DNA of 64,000 bases, from assembly GCF_009914755.1 (NCBI RefSeq), contig NC_060936.1, one strand, 5' to 3'. The notes under the pieces were generated by a model. That model was not told where the DNA came from. It did not search any database and worked only from the letters and a program-made list of their open reading frames with translations. This stretch comes from the human T2T-CHM13v2.0 reference genome, Homo sapiens. This document shows positions 32,860-48,269 of the stretch, one piece after another (position 1 is the stretch's first letter; every line of letters begins with the position of its first letter). Made by a program: the position numbers and the translations under genes.

Positions 32860-34560
32860 CCCCTCTCACTTCCAGGCTTGCAGACACATGTTCTAGTTTA
32901 TTTGCCTGGAATACTCTGTCCCCTTACAGCTCATGTAATACCTCTTGTCTTTCAAGTTTCGGCTTAAAGGTCACTTACCTATTCAGTGAAGCTTTCTCTA
33001 CACACCAGATTAGAATCCTCTTGATACATATTCCCTTGGCTCCCTATCCTAAAATAACAAGTATAACACTGTACTGTAATTAATTTGTTCATGTGTTTGC
33101 CCTTCAGATTGTAAGTTCTGTAAGGGCCAAGGACTATCTATCTCTAGGGCCTAATACAGTGTCTGGAAGGAAGTAGGTGCTTAATGAGTATGTGTCAAAT
33201 GGAGAGATGAGTAAAAGGTTGTCTGTGTAATCTAAACTTAGTTGCTTATCATTTTGAGACTTGCTTTGTGTGGGCTATTCCAATAATTAAAAGAGATAAT
33301 GACACAGAACATTTAATTCTAAAAATTACAAGTATCATAAATGAAAGCTATCTTTATCCAAGAAGCTTACACACATGGATGTTGGGAAAGATAATAACAA
33401 ATCTGAAAAGCTGTTGGAGCCAATCACAGGCTACCTAAAAATGCCCAAACTCAGAGAGTCTCGAGTGCACATTTCTCCAGGAAATGTCAAACTCAGTTGC
33501 CATGTCAGCCCTTGAAAACAAATTTTGCTGTCCCATAATATTTGGGAACACTTTTTCATGTTGTCTTTAGTGTAAATCTCACATTTAGTTAGAAAATATT
33601 AAGAAACACAAACAAGCCCTAGGCTGCTTTGTATCATAGTAATGTGTTTCCCTGTCATATCCCCACAACTGAAGGGAAATGGCTGAAAGGCAGGAATTGT
33701 ACCCTTCTTTGTATTGACAGAACACCTAGTCCAGACATTTACATTTAGTAAAGACTCAATACATTTTTGTTACATGAAAGTATCAACAGACTTTTGGCTT
33801 CTTAAAATTAAACTTTAAGCTTTTACCTGAAAGCTCATCTAATACCTCTTGTCTTTCAAGTTTCAGCTTGTCTTCCAGCTGTCTATTGATCATCTTCCTT
33901 CAGAAGGCCTGCCATCTCCCAAAATCATCTCCCCAAATTCAATACATCAAAGTGAAATTTGTTACTCCCACCAAGCCAAACCAGACTGGCTCCATTCCCT
34001 TCCATCCAATACATTCCAGTTGTATCACTTTAATTATAGAAACCCTGAAACTATTTTTGAATTTCTGTTTGCTGAAATAATAGAGCTTCCATATCCAATC
34101 TGTCAAAAAATCAGTAATTGTTATCTAATCTACTGTTTCAGGGCCTCATTGCTAACTTCCTAGATAACATTTCCATGATCAGTTTCTTCACCATTGTAAA
34201 TATTAATCCTTCCAAATTCATTTTTGTGTCCCTCCCTTGCTTAAGAACTTATATGCCCCCTATTCACTATTACATTCAGAACAGACTCTTCTACCTGTTT
34301 CTTAGTGTTCTCATAGTCTGCCTCCAATCGTGTTTTCATCTTTTCTATCCACAATTTCCTTACTGTTCCAGTAAGGTCTGTTTGCACTCGGATCACTTTT
34401 CCCTACCCTCTCACATAAACACACCCATCATGCTGTGTTTCTGAAGTGCCTTTTCCTCTTTTTCTCACTAAATCAAATCTTATTTAAATCATCCTTGGAG
34501 GTCCAATTAAAGTCTTATCTCTTCTCTAACCTTTCTAAGTCCCACACTGTTCCTTAGTTT
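32860..34560 (+). mobile_element. Cluster of L2 fragments (about 32860-33210, 33690-33790, 33880-34560)
   Basis: L2 3'-end motifs (AGATTGTAAGTTC..AGGGC; ACAGTG.CTGG..GTAGGTGCTTAAT; CTCAATACATTTTTGTT). Confidence 0.65.
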
Positions 34561-34585
34561 TCTGCGCTTGCTTTGTAGTTATGGC

Positions 34586-34955
34586 TGTTAAAGGAAAAAC
34601 TTTAGACAAATTCAATTTAACAGGGTTTTTTTTGGAACAAAGAATAATTCATGAATCAGGCAGCTCTCAGAATCAGAAAAGGTTCGAAAAACCTCACTTT
34701 GCAGCATGAGCAGTAGGCTTTTATAGGCCAAATGCAGAAGCAAAATAAATAAATTATTTGATTGGCTACAGCTAGGCATTTGCCTTATTTGGATATAATC
34801 TGGTGGAATGTCCTCAGAGACTAGTTAGCAGTTTCTCATTGTTTAAAATTAAATTTTATTTTACTGTTTATGTTGGGGTTCCATTTGCTTACATAGGAAC
34901 CCAAGGCACTGGAGTGGTTTCATCCTAATGGCCTCCCAATTAAATGTTTTTAACA
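34586..34955 (-). mobile_element. ERV1 LTR (MER93/MER57-like)
   Basis: TGTTAAAGGAAAAACTTTAGACAAAT..CCTAATGGCCTCCCAATTAA..TTTAACA; polypurine tract on the minus strand adjoining at 34956. Confidence 0.8.
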
Positions 34956-36200
34956 ATTCCCCTTTTTAGTCAGCCTCTCATCTATGAGAGATTGACCAAA
35001 ACTTGGTCATAAGCACAACTCTCTGTCACCATCATAGCTAGTTTGTCTTTGAGTGTTATGTCTTTGAGTATTATGTTTCTGAGTGTTAAATTATGAGGGT
35101 GGAACCCATAATTCACAATGTCAGGCTCATTAAAGAAATATTCTTTTTGTTGTTCATTTTGTTTTTGTCACTCTAGTCACAGTGAGACCATCTGGCATAC
35201 TGTTGGTGGCTATGAACATGCATTTAAGACCCTTGAGAGAAGACAGAACATGAGGGAGATCACAGTGATGACCCAAGAGGACATTACAAGAAGACTGGAA
35301 TACGCTCCTTGGCCAAGGCCCCCATGAACAAAATGAACTGAAATAAGCAAAGAAAGATAATGGTTAATGGCTAGAACAAACTGTAAGCTCAGTCTAAGTC
35401 CAGAAGGCAGTTAGTTGATAAGACTTCTAGATTTGAGCTAAAAGCATATTTTCTGTTTTGCAGTCTGAATGTCTCTGTCTATGGCATCTAGCATTTCAGT
35501 GAACTCTCTGATTGGCCCACAAATAAGAGGTTATGGATGTTGTCTTATGAAATTTATATCTATCACTAGTTTGTAGGGCTTCAGGAACAGAGTAGTTTAT
35601 GGATAGCAAGTCTCAAAGACAATGAGCAGGACTAGAATTTGATAATGGGTACAGTATAGTTTCCACTGAAACATTAATTTTCTCTCCTACAGCTGCCTCC
35701 CATTTCGATCAAAGATAATCAAAATAAAACCAGTTTGTTTGCAAAATAGGACCAGTCTCATTAAGCTTGGCCTGATTATTTACAAAATTACAGTGAAAAT
35801 AATGATTGACTGTATAGAATTTTTTTAGATATGCTTTGATAGAACTTTTAATAAGGAATCCCAGATTGAACTTTTAAATGCCTTTCCAGTCTAAGAAGCC
35901 AAGCCAAGAACTTACTATCAGACTTTGCCTGTAATTCCTATAAATTTGAGTGAATTTCTCTCTTCTTGAGGTCCTCAAAATATTTTTAATCTTCCTAGTT
36001 CTTCCTTATTCAATCTGTAAGGCTGGGAAACCCTTAAAGCCAGGTACTAGGCCAATTTTTTTCCAAGGGGCTTTATTGGGTCCATAAAGTCCACCTTAGT
36101 TCCTTAAAGTTGTCTGGTCATATCTGAACATATGATAATCATAATCCTGTCTAAACATTGGTAATATTCCCAGTGGTTCCAATTGTGTCCTGTTACAAAG
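34956..36200 (-). mobile_element. ERV1 (MER4-group) internal sequence, truncated
   Basis: Follows the PPT; contains typical MER4-group internal motifs (TTGGCCTGATTATTTAC; AATAAGGAATC.CAGATT.AACTTTTAA; CATAAAGTC.ACCTTAGTTCCTTAAAG). Confidence 0.7.
35044..35088. repeat. 15-bp tandem repeat x3 (TGTCTTTGAGTGTTA)
   Basis: Copies at 35044, 35059 and 35074. Confidence 0.85.
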
Positions 36201-36639
36201 ACTGCTGATTGTCCCAGATCCAAGTTGAGACAGTCAGTAAAAAAGTTTAACTCCTAGAATTGATTGGAACAGGGTGGGGACCTCACTCAAATTTGATCAA
36301 TTGGAGTCCTTCTTGAATGCTTTGAATCTCACCTGGGAGAGCAAGTTCCAGTTAATTCTGATGACAGTATTATATGATGTAAGGCCATGAATGAAGAGCT
36401 AGCAACAGCCATATTTCCCAGTGATGGAGAATGTAGGCTGACTGAAAGCTGCTATTTTCATGAGTGTGTCCCATGATCAACTGCAGTCCTTGGCACATAG
36501 TATTCAATAAATACTTATAGAATGGATGGTGCCGGCTGTTTATGTCATGTCCATTGTGTGCAGAACACTACAGCAGGCATTATGAAAAAGAAACCAAATA
36601 AATTAAAATGGGAACTAATATAGAGTAAAATATTCAATA

Positions 36640-36805
36640 ATTAGGTACTGATTGTTTTCTCCACATTCTGATGAAGAAACAGAGGCATAGCTGGGTAGGT
36701 AACTTGCCTGTATTTATACAGGTGTTAAATGGCAGAGTGTGAATCACGGACGTATACTCAGGTCTATCTGGCTCCAGAGTCTATGCTTTTTTCACTGCAC
36801 CATGG
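36640..36805 (-). mobile_element. MIR
   Basis: GATGAAGAAAC.GAGGCA..GTAACTTGCC..CAGGTCTATCTGGCTCCAGAGTC. Confidence 0.75.
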
Positions 36806-37574
36806 TTTCTGTCTTCTCAAAGCTTACTTGTTTATTGGGAAGATAAACCATACACCCTTTAATTAACTTGAGAACTGGGTATGCCTTCTGGATGTTCACT
36901 GATCAAACAGATATTGAAGTTTAGGGTAAAGCTTTCATGAAAAGTTGTCATGTCCCAAGGCCTACCACAGTTGCAGACTGTTAATCAGATTTAGGTTTAG
37001 GTGATTGGCTTAGGCAGTGCTAATTAATAAGGTCTGCTGAAAAATATAACTATAAACAGAAATGTCTGACTGTGATACAAAAAGAAAGTAATGCAATATA
37101 TCTCAGCATTTGTTCAGAGTTTGCTGTTTCTCTGATGGCCAGAAAAAATGATCATGATCATTATAGTTGGGGTTTCTGGCAAATCTGTCACTACATTTCT
37201 CTCTGGAACAAATTATGTTTTTTTGTGTGTGTGTCGTGTGGTCTAACTTTACTTCATTACCAACCTTTGCAGATAACATGTGTTTGTGTTTATTTCTGTC
37301 TCATTACAAATTCAGTTCAATTTACATTCAAATAATTTTCAGGTTTTCCGTCTTCTGCTGTGGCTTTAGCCATAATGCATGAGAAAAAAAGGCTGAGTAG
37401 TGGCTTGCAAAGAATCAACTTCAGAGGAGAAGCAGTTGCTTTAATCCTAACACCAGAGGAAAAAAGTGGGGGACGTGCTCAGGGTCCCTGTTTTCCAGGC
37501 TTCCTCAAGGGAAGTGGGGTTTGGGGTTGGGAGAATAAAAGGGGTTGTTAGTCTAGTTCTTGGATTGTTGTTTA

Positions 37575-37965
37575 TGTCAATCAGGTTTCCCCGATTGCAA
37601 GCAACAGAACCAACTCTGACTATCACACAGGAAAGAAATATGTTGGTAGGACTGAGGGAAGCTTTTAAAATAAGCAGAGAGGTAGAGAGGGAGCTTTAGG
37701 AAGAGAAAGGAGCCAGGACAACCTCAAGAGTCCAGCATAGCAAAGACTGAACATCAACTGGTATTTTTTGTTGTTGTTTTTTTCCTGTCTTTGCAACACT
37801 GGCATCAAGATTCAGAATTCTGGGAAAAACTCCAATAGTTCTGTTTGAGTCACTTTCTCACTCTTGGCTAGGTGAGCAGGGCACTTTTATTTAAAAGATG
37901 ATTGGTGTCATCAAAGAAGAGAATAGATGCTGCCCAGTAGGAAAGTGATCAGCATCTGCTACATT
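37575..37965 (-). mobile_element. MLT1K/L-like MaLR LTR
   Basis: TTGCAAGCAACAGAACCAACTCTG.CTA near the start. Confidence 0.6.
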
Positions 37966-39189
37966 CCCTCTCTAACCCATAATGACCCAGCTGGAAGCCA
38001 CTGTTTCCAGGGGGCATCTTCTAGAGACCAGAGCCTGTGATGCTGATCCTGCAGTTAGGAACTCCTGCTATGCGTTTTCCTTTGCATGTAGATCTGAGAT
38101 GTCCTAAGGACCCTTTGTATCTCTCACAATCCTGTGGCTTTCCTGATTCTATAAAATAAGAGGAAAGATCTCTGAGTTTCCCTTTCTTCTGTAAGCAATG
38201 GAAGCTACTCATTCTGTCATTTGTAGGTGGCCAGTAATTTCAAGTTTTCTATTCTATTCACCTGCTATAGGAAACCTGCATGTGATGGGATAGGTCTATG
38301 TAGCTGTACACCAAGCACATATCCACTCAATCCAATAAAGGATACAGCTTTAAATTGGTATTCAAGATGTGCAGTAATTGTGCCCTAATGAACTGAAGAT
38401 GGGGATTAAAAGCCTCTCTGCAGATATCACAGACACTCTACTAAACACAGTAGTGTTTTGCTTAGAGCTCAAATTTTTCAACCTCTCTGCAACATTTGAC
38501 ATTGTTGACAATTTTTCTCTTTGAAATTGTTTTCCTTCTTGGTCCTAATATATCTGTTTTCTCCTACCTTTCTGGTAGGGTCTTCCCGATCTTTTGTACT
38601 TATTCATGCATTTGGCATGTTCTAAATAAAAGAGAATAATAATGTTTGATTATGGTTTTGAGTATGGTTCTCAGTAGAAATAGTGAGTATCCCAATAGGA
38701 GGCAGAAGACAGTTGGGGGACCTTGGGGTTAGCTAATGTTCAGAAGTCTTGGCAAACAGATGTTGGTCTCTTATGGTTTACCATTGGGTACTAGGTCTTC
38801 TTTTGCCAGGAGAAAGATAAACAGAAAGTCTCCAATACCATGAAAAGATCACAACAAGGCACAGAGGCAGGATAAGACTGAGGCTGTAAGCAAATTCCTG
38901 AAGCAGGAAATAGAATCAAGGCAGGAACTCAGGTATTTTGCGGTGCCTGGAGGACACTGGGTTTTGGAAATGAGGTGATTCCTGGAATGGGTAAGAGCGA
39001 CTTGCCATACAAATACAGAACAGCTTAGATGCCTTCTTCCTCAGAACCCTCAGATGAAAGAAAGGGGGGCAGAATAAATAAGAGGGAGTGATTTGGATAA
39101 AGATAATAGAATAATTTTATAAAATCTGAAACTGACACAAAGCTGCAAAGGACAGAGACAGATACATGATCCAAACTTGCGTGCAGGCA

Positions 39190-40160
<971 letters not shown>

Positions 40161-40239
40161 GTATATCTGGAATATCTTCGTTGTAACAGAAAACCAAGTC
40201 AGGCTAGCTAGCTCAAGCACAGAATACAAATTATAAGCT

Positions 40240-41030
40240 TATTAATTGACTCAAACGTTTCTCAAGCTCCTACCATAAACTATGCCCTGTTCTAGGTATT
40301 GGGGCAGTTAGCAAGACACACACACAAAATTAAATATCTCTGGCCTCAGGTGGGATATATTCTAGTGGGAGAAACAGACAAAAGGTACCAGGATGCAGTA
40401 TACATTTTTCAGTTTGTAGAATGCCCAATGCCAAGCACTCAGATAGAAGGGCAGTTGGGGGCTGGAATCAAATCTGACCTCTCTAGCCAAGCCTGGAATC
40501 CCAGTGGGCTGTATTGTCAGCCTGGAGAAAAGTCACAGTTTTATAATTTGTAGCAAAGCATGAAATGTGCTGATGGTGGTCCCAAGATAAAATAATAAAA
40601 TACACAGCATGTTAGATCATGACAGTGCTGTGAGGAAAGCTAAAGCATGGGGGAGGATGGATTGACTCTGGAAGGGCTCACTGGAGAGATGACCACTGAG
40701 TAAAGACCTGGAAGATATGAAGTTAGAGAGCTAAGGGGCAGAAGAGGGTCCATGGCATGGGGCCCTGTGCACCATGGCAATGAGTTCAATTTTTACTCTT
40801 GAATTAAACGGGAGACCATGGAGATATGGCGTGATCTGAGTTACATTCTGAGAGCATCATCTTGGCTGCCTGGCTGAGAACAGTGAGGAGAAGCAACAAC
40901 AGAGGCAGTCTGTGTAAGAGGCTATGGAAGTGACCCAGGGAGGTGATTGTGGATGAGACTAGGAAACAGCAACACAGACATTCTGGCTATATTTTGAAAA
41001 TAAAGCTAACAGGATATACCAATAGATTAA
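40240..41030 (-). mobile_element. L2a fragment, apparently inserted within an MLT1K-like LTR (about 40165-40235 and 41035-41720)
   Basis: L2a antisense motifs (ATTCTAGTGGGAGA.ACAGACA; TTTTACTCT.GA; TTCTGG.TATATTTTGAA); MLT1K-like halves on both sides. Confidence 0.6.
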
Positions 41031-41114
41031 ATGTATAACTCATTTAACTAGGAAGACCACGAGTGGAACAGGCATCAGGCATAGCTCAATCCAGGAGCTA
41101 AAACAATAAAGTCA

Positions 41115-41596
<482 letters not shown>

Positions 41597-41886
41597 TTAT
41601 CGCCGGGTCAACAATAATGGCCAGGTTTGGGTTATATGCCCACTCCCTGTAAGAGTGGGAGGGTGGGTGGGGTCAGGCAGTGTCAGCTCCAATCAAACTT
41701 CAAGGAACATCAACACTTCCTGACTAGTCCAGAGCCAAGCCATAAGATGAGAACAGACTATGGAAAGTGGTAAATAAGCTATGCCCAGCATGGAGTGAAG
41801 ATGTATCAGTCTATAATTTCCATTAAAGATTTTCTTTTCTTTTTATAAACAGGAGAGTTTCCCAGGGAGAATATTTTGAGGGTCTG

Positions 41887-42739
41887 TGTATTAGTTTCCT
41901 ATTGCTGCTGTAACATATTATCACAAATTTAGTGACAACACAAATTTATTAGCTTATAGTTCTGAAGGTCAGAAGTCTGACACTGTCTGATATGGTTTGG
42001 ATTTGTGTCTCTGCTCAAATCTCATGTCGAATTAGAGGAGAGGCCTAGTGGGAGGTGATTGGATCATGGGGGTGGATTTCCTCCTTGCTGTTCTCGTGAT
42101 AGTGAGTGAGTTCTCATGCGATCTGATGGTTTTAAAGTGTAGGCACTTCCTCTTTCGCTATCTCTCTTTCCTGCTCTGCCATGTTAAGATGTCCCTGCTT
42201 CCCTTTCACCTTCTGCCATAATGGTAAGTTTCCCGAGGCCTCCCAGTCATGTTTCCTGTTAAGCCTATGGAACTGTGAATCAATTAAATCTCTTTTCTTT
42301 ATAAATTACCCAGTCTCCGGTAATTCTTTATAGCTGTGTGACACTGGACTAATACACTGTCTTACCGGGTTAAATCAACGTATCAGTATCAGCAAGGTCT
42401 CCCTTCCAGAGGCACTAGGGGAAAGTCTTCCTTTTTGTTTTCCAGCTTCTAGAAGCTGCTTGCATTAATCAGCTTATTGCCTCTTCTTCCATCTTCAAAG
42501 TCATCAGAGTAACATCTTCAAATCTCTCTCTCTCTCTGATCTCCTGTCTCCTTCTTTTACCTTTTAAATCCCCTTGTGGTTACATTGGACACACTCAGAT
42601 AATCCAGAATTATCCACTCATCTCAAATATTTAACCTAATCAAACTCACAGAGTCCCCTTTGCCATGTGAGGTAAAATATTTTCAGGTTCTGTGGATTAG
42701 CACTTGGACACCTTTGGGAGCCATATCCTGCCTATCACA
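41887..42739 (-). mobile_element. MLT1C/D MaLR solo LTR, interrupted by an MSTA LTR
   Basis: TGTATTAGTTTCCTATTGCTGCTGTAACA..AAGGTCAGAAGTCTGA / ..TTTGCCATGTGAGGTAA..TGCCTATCACA. Confidence 0.85.
41988..42356 (+). mobile_element. MSTA-like MaLR solo LTR
   Basis: TGATATGGTTTGG..GGACTAATACA; TSD CTGTC at 41983-41987 and 42357-42361. Confidence 0.92.
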
Positions 42740-43576
42740 GCATGCCATGTGCATAGCACATTTTGAAGTCAGTTGCTACATCCACTATTCCTTTTTTAGG
42801 ATTGTAAAAATATTCACAAAATAATGTATTCCTGATAATGTAGCCACACTTACTCACCTAGGAGAGAGGCTCCTGGCCAAAGGTTGACCATCCAAACGAC
42901 TGCTTCTAGAGTTCTTCCCGATGGAAATATTTTACCTGAGAGGGAGTGTTGTCAAACCAATCAGATCCTTTCATTTGGAATGCTTGAATTGAAGACATAC
43001 CAAGAGTATGGCCTGTTAGGAGAGTGGTAAAGATGTAAAAATACAGGAAGTGAAAGCAGTAAATAAAAGCCATGAATTTTATTTACTGATAAAGAGAAGA
43101 GGAGACAGCCAGCTATGGGTAGTCCAAGAGAAAGACAAAGCAGGAAAGAAGGGACCAGAGACGCAAGAGCACAGTCAGGGATGCAGTGGACTTCTACACC
43201 TGGGGTTGGCCTCCTGCTGACCCCCAACCTGCAACAGCGGCTGTTGGACCATTAGATCTACCCGACTGCAACTAAACAGTTACAAATGAGGGTGCTAGTT
43301 CTCTACGTATACAGCAGCTTGGGGTTTTTTTTTTCTTCTTTTCATCTATGCCCACAATAAGCGTCCATGAACTGAGGTAGCCTGACTGTATCTCTCTTCC
43401 CAATAATCTGGAAGAATGTGACAGAAGGATAAGGCATGCAATCAGTCCAGTTAAGGCATTCAACGAGACACCTGTATCAGCCTGCAAACAATACAGATTA
43501 TCTCCTTAAAATTTCACTACCACTTTCCCAATAAAGTTCCTCTCCATGTAAACTCTCTCTAGGACTTAAAATAATA

Positions 43577-43902
43577 TTTATTTATTTATTTATGTATTTG
43601 TTTATTTATTTATTTATTTTTGAGATGGAGTCTAACTCTGTCACCCAGGCTGGAGTGCAGTGGCGCCATCTCAGTTCAATGCAACTCCGCCTCCCTGGTT
43701 CAAGCAATTTTCCTGCCTCAGCCTATTAAGTAGCTGGGGTTACAGGCACATGCCACCATGCCCGGCTAATTTTTGTATTTTTAGTAGACACAGGGCTTCA
43801 CCATGTTGGCCAGGCTGTTCTCGAACTCCTGACCTCAAGTGATCCACCTGCCTCGGCCTCCCAAAATGCTGGGATTACAGGCATGAGCCACGGTGACCGG
43901 CC
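43577..43902 (-). mobile_element. AluSx-like with (TTTA)n tail
   Basis: Antisense Alu body ending CCGGCC. Confidence 0.95.
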
Positions 43903-44456
43903 TAAAAGAAAATTCTTAAATGACCACATAGTAGCACCAAGGCTGCTGATGCTGCTTGGTTGTTTAGGGTGAAAATTCTGCCACCAGCCACACTAAGAAC
44001 TACATTAGAACAGAGAGGAAGACAATGAAATTTTAAAAGGTGAGGGTTTTTGCATATCGAGGAAAAAAAAGAAATGAGCATTAAGGACTTGAGTAACATT
44101 CTTTGTGCATGTATGTGTGTCTTTATGTGCAAATATTTTTAAGTTAGAATCTAAAGCCTGTTGTCTTCAACAGAGGCCATGGAAGCAAGATGAGGGGTCT
44201 GGAATGAGGCCAGCAGAATTTGTAACCCCACCTTCTTAAGCCAAAACAATACTGACAGGCATAAAATTGGTATTTATGAGGTTATAAGTCTTAAAAGAGT
44301 ATGTTGTATATACAAAGAAAAATGCCACCCACGAAGCTAATTCTTTTCCATGTCTGAATTCAGGCTGAAAATCTCTAGGGTAAGAAAGTCAATGTTGCTG
44401 GTTTTCAAGTTGTAGTTAACTTTTGGCCAGAGTTGGATAACCACCCTTTTTAGGCA

Positions 44457-44610
44457 GCAGTTTTTAATCTTTTTTAAAGTTGTAGCCCTCTTTGAATATT
44501 TTGTGTAACCCTCTCCTCTGAAAAGTAAGGTTACATGAAAAATTTTGCCTAAAATTTCAAGGAGCTTATCATTTCCTTGAACTACCATGGGCTCAAATTA
44601 GCAAAACAAA
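44457..44610. mobile_element. hAT-Charlie-type MITE remnant
   Basis: CAG..TTTTTAATCTTTTTT..CCCTCTTTGA..AAAATTTTGC.TA.AATTTCAAGG resembles small Charlie MITE consensuses. Confidence 0.5.
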
Positions 44611-44995
44611 AGAAAAACTCTAAAATATAAAATGTAAGTGTGTATGCCTAGGTTATTCTACAGGTAAGCTAACTTCCATAGATACTATTTTCTGTAGCCT
44701 TATATTTGTTTTCCATTTCCTAAAGCTGCTTATAAGCATTTATAGATCTTTGCATAATTTGTGCATTTAGAGAGGATTTCTAAAAGGACACAACTGGAGG
44801 TGCCCTGGTCAGAAATGATTTAAAGAATGCTTCTTAAGAAGGAGGGTGGAGGAATGCTGAATAGGAATCAAATCTGTTTTGTTTTCTATATTTTCCTCTT
44901 GGCTATCCCAGCAGGAAGCCTGCCCAATCTAGTTCATCTTCGTTGCTTCATTTTCATAAAAACATTGAAAGTTAAATACTTGAGATCATTTATTC

Positions 44996-45180
44996 CAATA
45001 CTTCTCAAACTTTTGTGCATCAGAACCATTTGGAAGGCTTGCTTAAATGCAAATTTTTAAGGTCGATCCTCAGAATATCTGATTGCAATCAGTCTGGAGT
45101 GAGGCCCAATAATTTGCCTTTCTAACGAGCTGCCAGGTGATCCTGATGCTGCAACTCCTAGGACTATGTTTGAAAGGTGC
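44996..45180. mobile_element. MER5A (hAT-Charlie)
   Basis: TTCTCAAACTT..GTGCATCAGAA.CA..TGGA.GGCTTG.TTAAA..TCTAAC.AGCT.CCAGGTGAT.CTGATGCTGC. Confidence 0.85.
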
Positions 45181-45339
45181 CGATTTCATCTGTTTTAAAG
45201 ATGAGGGACTGAGACCTGCTCAGATTTCTGCTGCTTTCCCCCATTTTCTGTTCTACCCTCAAGATGGACAGATTCAGTTAACCTTTGTTGCTACCTTCAA
45301 AACTATTATCATTGAATGAGATGAGGTTATCAAATGCAC

Positions 45340-46042
<703 letters not shown>

Positions 46043-46349
46043 GAAAGTGCATTTTTATAGTATATCTTATTCTGCTTTACATCCACTTGGCCTTCCTTGA
46101 ATTTATAACTTCTCATACAATTTTAGTAAAAATTTTCCAGCCTTCTTTTTCAGTAGTTACTGTAACAATAAAATTAGGTAACAGTGTTTAAACACAAAGG
46201 AAGAGAAAAAACATTTATTTTAATGCAATACAAACTTGGCTCATTAGTTGAAGTGATTGGGAGACTACAGTCATCAGAGAAGACCACAAATGAGAGGAGT
46301 GATCTCTTTAGAGAACTAGAAGAAATTGGTATCTCACTAGCTGATTGCT

Positions 46350-46985
46350 TTCATTCATTATTGCAGTAAGTATATATTTATGGATGACTTGCTACATGTT
46401 AAGTGCCATTCTAAGCTACGGATACAGAAAATAAAAAAGAAATCACTGCTTTTGGAGAACTTTCATAGTACTAGAAGAAAGGTGGAGAAAAACGTACAAT
46501 ATAAAATATATGGTATACTATTAGGAAACAAGGGCTTTGAGGGAAAGAATGTGGAAGAAGGAATAAAGAGTGTACATGTGTGTGTATGTGTGCATGCGTG
46601 CATATGCATGGGTGTGTGTACAATTTTAAGTAGGATAGCCAGGAAAGACCTCACTGAGAAGGTGACATTACGAGAAGACTTAAGTGAGGGAAGGGGAAGA
46701 GCCATGTAGCTATCTTGGAGAACAGTATTCTGGGAAGGGAGTAAAATGTGCAAAGGCCCTGAGGCAGAACTATACCAATGGTGTGGAGGGAGCATGGAAG
46801 AGGCCAGAGTGGCTGGGGCTGACTGCAAAAGGGTGTAACAAGTAGGAGGTGAGGTTGGAGAGGGTGGGTCTGGACTGTGCCCTTTAGGCACAGTAAGAAT
46901 GTGGAGCCACTGATGTGTTCTGGAGTTAGAACTTTATCAGGATCCGACTTACATTTTAACAGGCACACCCTGCTGCTGTGAGAAG
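46350..46985 (-). mobile_element. L2a fragment
   Basis: CCTCACTGAGAAGGTGACATT; GTGCAAAGGCCCTGAGGCAG; GAGGCCAG.GTGGCTGG. Confidence 0.85.
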
Positions 46986-48269
46986 AGTACTTTTCTCTTA
47001 TCTAGGCTTTGGACTCCCCAGAAAGAAAATCTGAGTCTAGAAAATTTTAAAAACCCAATTGTTTCAGATTCTTAATGATGTCTGCCACAACACACCCTTT
47101 ATTTAAAAATATTTACTGATCACTTACTATAAGCGAGGCATTGTGGGAAACTATTTTTTAATGTAGCAGGAGAAAGAAGCGAAAACCACCATTAATTGAG
47201 GGCCTTTAGTGCGTCTGCCAGGTAGGGCACCAGGTGCGTGACCGCTGTCATCACAGAATCTTTGCCCTCCTAGAGCTTTGGGTTAGCAGGGGATATAATG
47301 TGCACCGAAAACAATGGAGACTCTGTGAAAAGGACTCTGGAGCTTACAGATGAAGTGCCAATGGTTTTGTGAATTGGAACATGTCACATCTGAGGGGATG
47401 CTCTGTTTGCTCTTAAAGCAAGAGCAGAAGCACAGATGCAGTGAATCCCAGGGACTAGCAGGAAGTGAACGGTGGTGGGGAGCACAGAGGAGACGAACAT
47501 GGCGGGCACAGGGGACCTATGAGAAGGGAGAGGAGGGGAAGACAGGAGGCCAGGGGAGTTGGCTTGATCTAGATCCTAAAGAAGTCCTACAGCCTTAGAA
47601 ATGGGCACAGGAGCCATTGAAGACGTCTAAGAAGGGGACTCCATGGCCAAACCGTAGGAATCTGCAGGCGGGGGAGTCAGATGCTCCTAGATAATAGAAC
47701 AGCAGAAGAACGATGGAGACGCTGCCTATAGGGAACTCTAGTCTGAAATGACTTCATGTTGATAGGAAGCATTTCTTGCTAACTTCTAAGCATAAGGTAA
47801 CTTTCAAGTTTCACCTGAGTATTGCAACTTTTGCTTAGGGAAGGAGAGCCAAATGGGAATTTTTACATTGCCATTAAGACTCTGATTAGGGGAAAATTCC
47901 TTGGGGCAGACGATTACGTCAGCATAGTTTTTTGATTTATATTTTAAATAGTGCAAGTATTCCCAGAGGCCTGGTGACAGACAGAAATTCTATAAATATA
48001 TTAAACTCAAACAATCTGCACACAACTGCCAGCCTGAAGACTCCCACCCTCTTCCAGATTTAACCAATTTTTAAAGGCAATTACTTTTGGAAATTTTAAA
48101 CATGCAGCTAATCAGTCTAAGGAAAAACAGAGTTTACTCCAATACTATTGCCAAGGAGCGTTTCCCCCTACACTTGTTTCTTTAGCATTAGAGTCTGGGG
48201 GCCCTGTTTACATCAAAAGCTCTTTGGAGGAAAACACACAGCTCAGGTAAGGTATAGACCAATAGGGCG

